A stretch of 64,000 nucleotides of DNA from assembly GCA_964016885.1 (NCBI GenBank), contig OZ024757.1, positions 1,860,001-1,924,000 of the forward strand, written 5' to 3'. The stretch is from Eledone cirrhosa (taxonomy: Eukaryota). Every line of letters begins with the position of its first letter. Position 1 is the first letter of the stretch. The position numbers and the translations under genes were made by a program. Shown in pieces: positions 57,701 to 64,000 of the stretch. The notes beneath the pieces were generated by a model. The model saw only the letters and a list, made by a program, of their open reading frames with translations. It made no database searches and was not told the origin of the DNA.

Positions 57701-60700
57701 TTAGTGTATAAGGTGGACAGGTAGACAGTTATGGTAGATTAGTGTATGAGGTGGACAGGTAGACAGTTATGGTAGCTTAGTGTATGAGGTAGACAGGTAG
57801 ACAGTTATGGTAGCTTAGTGTATGAGGTAGACAGGTAGACAGTTATGGTAGCTTAGTGTATGAGGTGGACAGGTAGACAGGTATGGTAGCTTAGTGTTTG
57901 AGGTAGACAGGTAGACAGTTATGGTAGCTTAGTGTATGAGGTAGACAGGTAGACAGGTATGGTAGCTTAGTGTATGAGGTAGACAGGTAGACAGGTATGG
58001 TAGCTTAGTGTATGAGGTAGACAGGTAAACAGTTATGGTAGCTTAGTGTATGAGGTGGACAGGTAGACAGTTATGGTAGCTTAGTGTATGAGGTAGACAG
58101 GTAGACAGGTATGGTAGCTTAGTGTATGAGGTAGACAGGTAGACAGTTATGGTAGCTTAGTGTATGAGGTAGACAGGTAGACAGTTATGGTAGCTTAGTG
58201 TATGAGGTGGACAGGTAGACAGTTATGGTAGCTTAGTGTATGAGGTGGACAGGTAGACAGTTATGGTAGATTAGTGTATAAGGTGGACAGGTAGACAGTT
58301 ATGGTAGCTTAGTATATGAGGTGGACAGGTAGACAGTTATGGTAGCTTAGTGTATGAGGTAGACAGGTAGAGAGTTATGGTAGCTTAGTGTATGAGGTGG
58401 ACAGGTGGACAGTTATGGTAGCTTAGTGTATGAGGTAGACAGGTAGACAGTTATGGTAGCTTAGTGTATGAGGTGGACAGGTAGACAGTTATGGTAGATT
58501 AGTGTATGAGGTAGACAGGTAGACAGGTATGGTAGCTTAGTGTATGAGGTGGACAGGTAGACAGTTATGGTAGCTTAGTGTATAAGATGGAAAGGTAGAC
58601 AGTTATGGTAGCTTAGTATATGAGGTGGACAGGTAGACAGTTATGGTAGCTTAGTGTATGAGGTAGACAGGTAGACAGTTATGGTAGCTTAGTGTATGAG
58701 GTAGACAGGTAGACAGTTATGGTAGCTTAGTGTATGAGGTGGACAGGTAGACAGTTATGGTAGATTAGTGTATGAGGTAGACAGGTAGACAGGTATGGTA
58801 GCTTAGTGTATGAGGTGGACAGGTAGACAGTTATGGTAGCTTAGTGTATAAGATGGACAGGTAGATAGTTATGGTAGCTTAGTATATGAGGTGGACAGGT
58901 AGACAGTTATGGTAGCTTAGTGTATGAGGTAGACAGGTAGACAGTTATGGTAGATTAGTGTATAAGGTGGACAGGTAGACAGTTATGGTAGATTAGTGTA
59001 TGAGGTGGACAGGTAGACAGTTATGGCAGCTTAGTGTATAAGGTGGACAGGTGGACAGTTATGGTAGCTTAGTGTATGAGGTGGACAGGTAGACAGTTAT
59101 GGTAGCTTAGTGTATGAGGTAGACAGGTAGACAGTTATGGTAGCTTAGTGTATGAGGTAGACAGGTAGACAGTTATGGTAGCTTAGTGTATAAGGTGGAC
59201 AGGTAGACAGGTATGGTAGCTTAGTGCTTGAGGTAGACAGGTAGACAGTTATGGTAGCTTAGTGTATGAGGTAGACAGGTAGACAGGTATGGTAGCTTAG
59301 TGTATGAGGTAGACAGGTAGACAGGTATGGTAGCTTAGTGTATGAGGTAGACAGGTAAACAGTTATGGTAGCTTAGTGTATGAGGTGGACAGGTAGACAG
59401 TTATGGTAGCTTAGTGTATGAGGTAGACAGGTAGACAGGTATGGTAGCTTAGTGTATGAGGTAGACAGGTAGACAGTTATGGTAGCTTAGTGTATGAGGT
59501 AGACAGGTAGACAGTTATGGTAGCTTAGTTTATGAGGTGGACAGGTAGACAGTTATGGTAGCTTAGTGTATGAGGTGGACAGGTAGACAGTTACGGTAGA
59601 TTAGTGTATAAGGTGGACAGGTAGACAGTTATGGTAGCTTAGTATATGAGGTGGACAGGTAGACAGTTATGGTAGCTTAGTGTATGAGGTAGACAGGTAG
59701 AGAGTTATGGTAGCTTAGTGTATGAGGTGGACAGGTGGACAGTTATGGTAGCTTAGTGTATGAGGTGGACAGGTAGACAGGTATGGTAGCTTAGTGTATG
59801 AGGTAGACACGTAGACAGGTATGGTAGCTTAGTTTATGAGATAGACAGGTAGACAGTTATGGTAGCTTAGTGTATGAGGTAGACAGGTAGACAGTTATGG
59901 TAGCTTAGTGTATGAGGTGGACAGGTAGACAGGTATGGTAGCTTAGTGTATGAGGTAGACAGGTAGACAGTTATGGTAGCTTAGTGTATGAGGTAGACAG
60001 GTAGACAGGTATGGTAGCTTAGTGTATGAGGTAGACACGTAGACAGGTATGGTAGCTTAGTTTATGAGGTAGACAGGTAAACAGTTATGGTAGCTTAGTG
60101 TATGAGGTAGACAGGTAGACAGGTATGGTAGCTTAGTGTATGAGGTAGACAGGTAGACAGGTATGGTAGCTTAGTGTATGAGGTAGACAGGTAGACAGTT
60201 ATGGTAGCTTAGTGTATGAGGTGGACAGGTAGACAGTTATGGTAGCTTAGTGTATGAGGTAGACAGGCAAACAGTTATGGTAGCTTAGTGTATGAGGTGG
60301 ACAGGTAGACAGTTATGGTAGCTTAGTGTATGAGGTGGACAGGTAGACAGTTATGGTAGCTTAGTGTATGAGGTGGACAGGTAGACAGTTATGGTAGATT
60401 AGTGTATAAGGTGGACAGGTAGACAGTTATGGTAGCTTAGTGTATGAGGTTGACAGGTAAACAGTTATGGTAGCTCAGTGTATGAGGTAGACAGGTAGAC
60501 AGTTATGGTAGCTTAGTGTATGAGGTGGACAGGTAGACAGGTATGGTAGCTTAGTGTATGAGGTAGACAGGTAGACATGTATGGTAGCTTAGTGTATGAG
60601 GTAGACAGGTAAACAGTTATGGTAGCTTAGTGTATGAGGTAGACAGGTAGACAGGTATGGTAGCTTACTGTATGAGGTAGACAGGTAGACAGGTATGGTA

Positions 60701-63700
60701 GCTTAGTGTATGAGGTGGACAGGTAGACAGTTATGGTAGCTTAGTGTATGAGGTAGACAGGTAAACAGTTATGGTAGCTTAGTGTATGAGGTAGACAGGT
60801 AGACAGGTATGGTAGCTTAGTGTATGAGGTAGACAGGTAGACAGGTATGGTAGCTTAGTGTATGAGGTAGACAGGTAGACAGTTATGGTAGCTTAGTGTA
60901 TGAGGTGGACATGTAGACAGTTGTGGTAGCTTAGTGTATGAGGTGGACAGGTAGACAGTTATGGTAGCTTAGTGTATGAGGTGGACAGGTAGACAGTTAT
61001 GGTAGATTAGTGTATAAGGTGGACAGGTAGAGAGTTATGGTAGCTTAGTGTATGAGGTGGACAGGTAAACAGTTATGGTAGCTTAGTGTATGAGGTAGAC
61101 AGGTAGACAGTCATGGTAGATTAGTGTATGAGATGGACAGGTAGACAGTTATGGTAGCTTAGTGTATGAGGTGCACAGGTAGACAGTTATGGTAGCTTAG
61201 TGTATGAGGTGAACAGGTAGACAGTTATGGTAGATTAGTGTATAAGGTGGACAGGTAGACAGTTATGGTAGCTTAGTGTATGAGGTGGACAGGTAGACAG
61301 TTATGGTAGCTTAGTGTATGAGGTAGACAGGTAGACAGTTATGGTAGCTTAGTGTATGAGGTGGACAGGTAGACAGTTATGGTAGATTAGTGTATAAGGT
61401 GGACAGGTAGACAGTTATGGTAGCTTAGTGTATGAGGTGGACAGGTAGACAGTTATGGTAGATTAGTGTGAGGTGGACAGGTAGAGAGTTATGGTAGCTT
61501 AGTGTATGAGGTGGACAGGTAGACAGTTATGGTAGCTTAGTGTATGAGGTGGACAGGTGGACAGTTATGGTAGCTTAGTGTATGAGGTGGACAGCTAGAC
61601 AGTTATGGTAGCTTAGTGTATGAGGTAGACAGGTAGACAGTTATGGTAGCTTAGTGTATGAGGTAGACAGGTAGACAGTTATGGTAGCTTAGTGTATGAG
61701 GTGGACAGGTAGACAGGTATGGTAGCTTAGTGTATGAGGTAGACAGGTAGACAGTTATGGTAGCTTAGTGTATGAGGTAGACAGGTAGACAGGTATGGTA
61801 GCTTAGTGTATGAGGTAGACAGGTAGACAGGTATGGTAGCTTAGTGTATGAGGTAGACAGGTATACAGTTATGGTAGCTTAGTGTATGAGGTAGACAGGT
61901 AGACAGGTATGGTAGCTTAGTGTATGAGGTAGACAGGTATGGTAGCTTAGTGTATGAGGTAGACAGGTAGACAGTTATGGTAGCTTAGTGTATGAGGTGG
62001 ACAGGTAGACAGTTATGGTAGATTAGTGTATAAGGTGGACAGGTAGACAGTTATGGTAGCTTAGTATATGAGGTGGACAGGTAGACAGTTATGGTAGCTT
62101 AGTGTATGAGGTATACAGGTAGACAGTTATGGTCGCTTAGTGTATGAGGTGGACAGGTAGACAGTTATGGTAGCTTAGTGTATGAGGTGGACAGGTAGAC
62201 AGTTATGGTAGATTAGTGTATAAGGTGGACAGGTAGACAGTTATGGTAGCTTAGTATATGAGGTGGACAGGTAGACAGTTATAGTAGCTTAGTGTATGAG
62301 GTAGACAGGTAGAGAGTTATGGTAGCTTAGTGTATGAGGTAGACAGGTAGAGAGTTATGGTAGCTTAGTGTATGAGGTGGACAGGTAGACAGTTATGGTA
62401 GCTTAGTGTATGAGGTAGACAGGTAGACAGTTATGGTAGCTTAGTGTATGAGGTAGACAGGTAGACAGTTATGGTAGCTTAGTGTATGAGGTAGACAGAT
62501 AGACAGTTATGGTAGCTTAGTGTATGAGGTGGACAGGTAGACAGGTATGGTAGCTTAGTGTATGAGGTAGACAGGTAGACAGTTATGGTAGCTTAGTGTA
62601 TGAGGTAGACAGGTAGACAGGTATGGTAGCTTAGTGTATGAGGTAGACACGTAGACAGGTATGGTAGCTTAGTTTATGAGGTAGACAGGTAAACAGTTAT
62701 GGTAGCTTAGTGTATGAGGTAGACAGGTAGACAGGTATGGTAGCTTAGTGTATGAGGTAGACAGGTAGACAGTTATGGTTGCTTAGTGTATGAGGTGGAC
62801 AGGTAGACAGTTATGGTAGCTTAGTGTATGAGGTAGACAGGCAAACAGTTATGGTAGCTTAGTGTATGAGGTGGACAGGTAGACAGTTATGGTAGCTTAG
62901 TGTATGAGGTGGACAGGTAGACAGTTCTGGTAGCTTAGTGTATGAGGTGGACAGGTAGACAGTTATGGTAGATTAGTGTATAAGGTGAACAGGTAGACAG
63001 TTATGGTACTTAGTGTATGAGGTTGACAGGTAAACAGTTATGGTAGCTTAGTGTATGAGGTAGACAGGTAGACAGGTATGGTAGCTTAGTGTATGAGGTA
63101 GACAGGTAAACAGTTATGGTAGCTTAGTGTATGAGGTAGACAGGTAGACAGGTATGGTAGCTTAGTGTATGAGGTAGACAGGTAGACAGGTATGGTAGCT
63201 TAGTGTATGAGGTAGACAGGTAAAGAAGTTATGGTAGCTTAGTGTATGAGGTAGACAGGTAGACAGGTATGGTAGCTTAGTGTATGAGGTAGACAGGTAG
63301 ACAGGTATGGTAGCTTAGTGTATGAGGTTGACAGGTAGACAGTTATGGTAGCTTAGTGTATGAGGTGGACAGGTAGACAGTTATGGTAGATTAGTGTATA
63401 AGGTGGACAGGTAGACAGTTATGGTAGCTTAGTGTATGAGGTGGACAGGTAGACAGTTATGGTAGCTTAGTGTATGAGGTGGACAGGTAGACAGTTATGG
63501 TAGCTTAGTGTATGAGGTGGACAGGTAGACAGTTATGGTAGATTAGTGTATAAGGTGGACAGGCAGACAGTTATGGTAGCTTAGTGTATGAGGTGGACAG
63601 GTAAACAGTTATGGTAGCTTAGTGTATGAGGTAGACAGGTAGACAGTTATGGTAGATTAGTGTATAAGGTGGACAGGTAGACAGTTATGGTAGATTAGTG

Positions 63701-64000
63701 TATAAGGTAGACAGGTAAACAGTTATGGTAGCTTAGTGTATGAGGTAGACAGGTAGACAGTTATGGTAGATTAGTGTATAAGGTGGACAGGTAGACAGTT
63801 ATGGTAGATTAGTGTATAAGGTGAACAGGTAGACAGTTATGGTAGATTAGTGTATGAGGTAGAGAGGTAGACAGTCATGGTAGATTAGTGTATGAGGTGG
63901 ACAGGTAGACAGTTATGGTAGCTTAGTGTATGAGGTGGACAGGTAGACAGTTATGGTAGCTTAGTGTATGAGGTGGACAGGTAGACAGTTATGGTAGATT
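6776..64000 (+). repeat. 38-bp satellite array, >57 kb, roughly 1,500 monomers, runs off the window end
   Basis: Consensus GAGGTRGACAGGTAGACAGTTATGGTAGMTTAGTGTAT (period 38, e.g. 6851->6889), head-to-tail with no inversions or insertions seen. 30-bp and 25-bp deletion variants occur. The G/C consensus has 14 G versus 3 C per monomer and no CpG. Copy number is estimated as length/38. Confidence 0.99.
9050..53660 (+). repeat. About 22-kb tandem duplication inside the satellite (copy 1 about 9,050-31,230; copy 2 about 31,235-53,660)
   Basis: Rare variants recur in the same order: ATTAGGGTAT..CAGGAAGAC 13651/35835 (offset 22184); TAGACACTTATGTT 16661/38731, TGGTAGCCTA 18621/40691 and GGCAGGTAGA 22121/44191 (all 22070); TGGAAGG 24961/47039; GTGCACAGG 30281/52626. 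Confidence 0.9.

Noticed and set aside
6776-64000. CRISPR array (repeat length in the CRISPR range)
   Set aside because: Monomers are contiguous with no unique spacers, there are no cas genes, and the context is eukaryotic.
6776-64000. let-7 precursor gene copies
   Set aside because: No fold-back arm is present; the strand is C-poor and cannot form a pre-miRNA hairpin. Only mature-sequence resemblance exists.

Overview
Repeat-dominated eukaryotic DNA with no credible intact protein-coding gene. The SINE and LINE remnants resemble cephalopod (Octopus-type) repeats as I recall them; that is an inference, not a database result. From left to right: a 3.3-kb (TA)nTG microsatellite broken by a 200-N gap (1-3330); a short unique island with clustered ETS/NRF1/YY1-type motifs and a minus-strand splice donor (3331-3640); a minus-strand CR1-like LINE 3' end whose last ORF2 codons are amplified into a 61-bp minisatellite (4391-5298); an abutting 60/72-bp minisatellite (5297-5870); a minus-strand tRNA-derived SINE (5871-6057); a piggyBac-like terminus; and a decayed RTE-like LINE 3' end with C2H2 fingers (about 6300-6770). 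From about 6776 to the window end lies a >57-kb, G-rich, single-orientation 38-bp satellite (GAGGTRGACAGGTAGACAGTTATGGTAGMTTAGTGTAT). The satellite has nested duplications at 0.68, 1.2, 2, 5, 8.5 and 22 kb and two variant sub-domains. Its most striking feature is that the A-variant monomer contains a 22-nt let-7 look-alike, so the minus strand carries hundreds of perfect let-7 8mer sites with extensive 3' pairing. Whether that matters biologically is untested.
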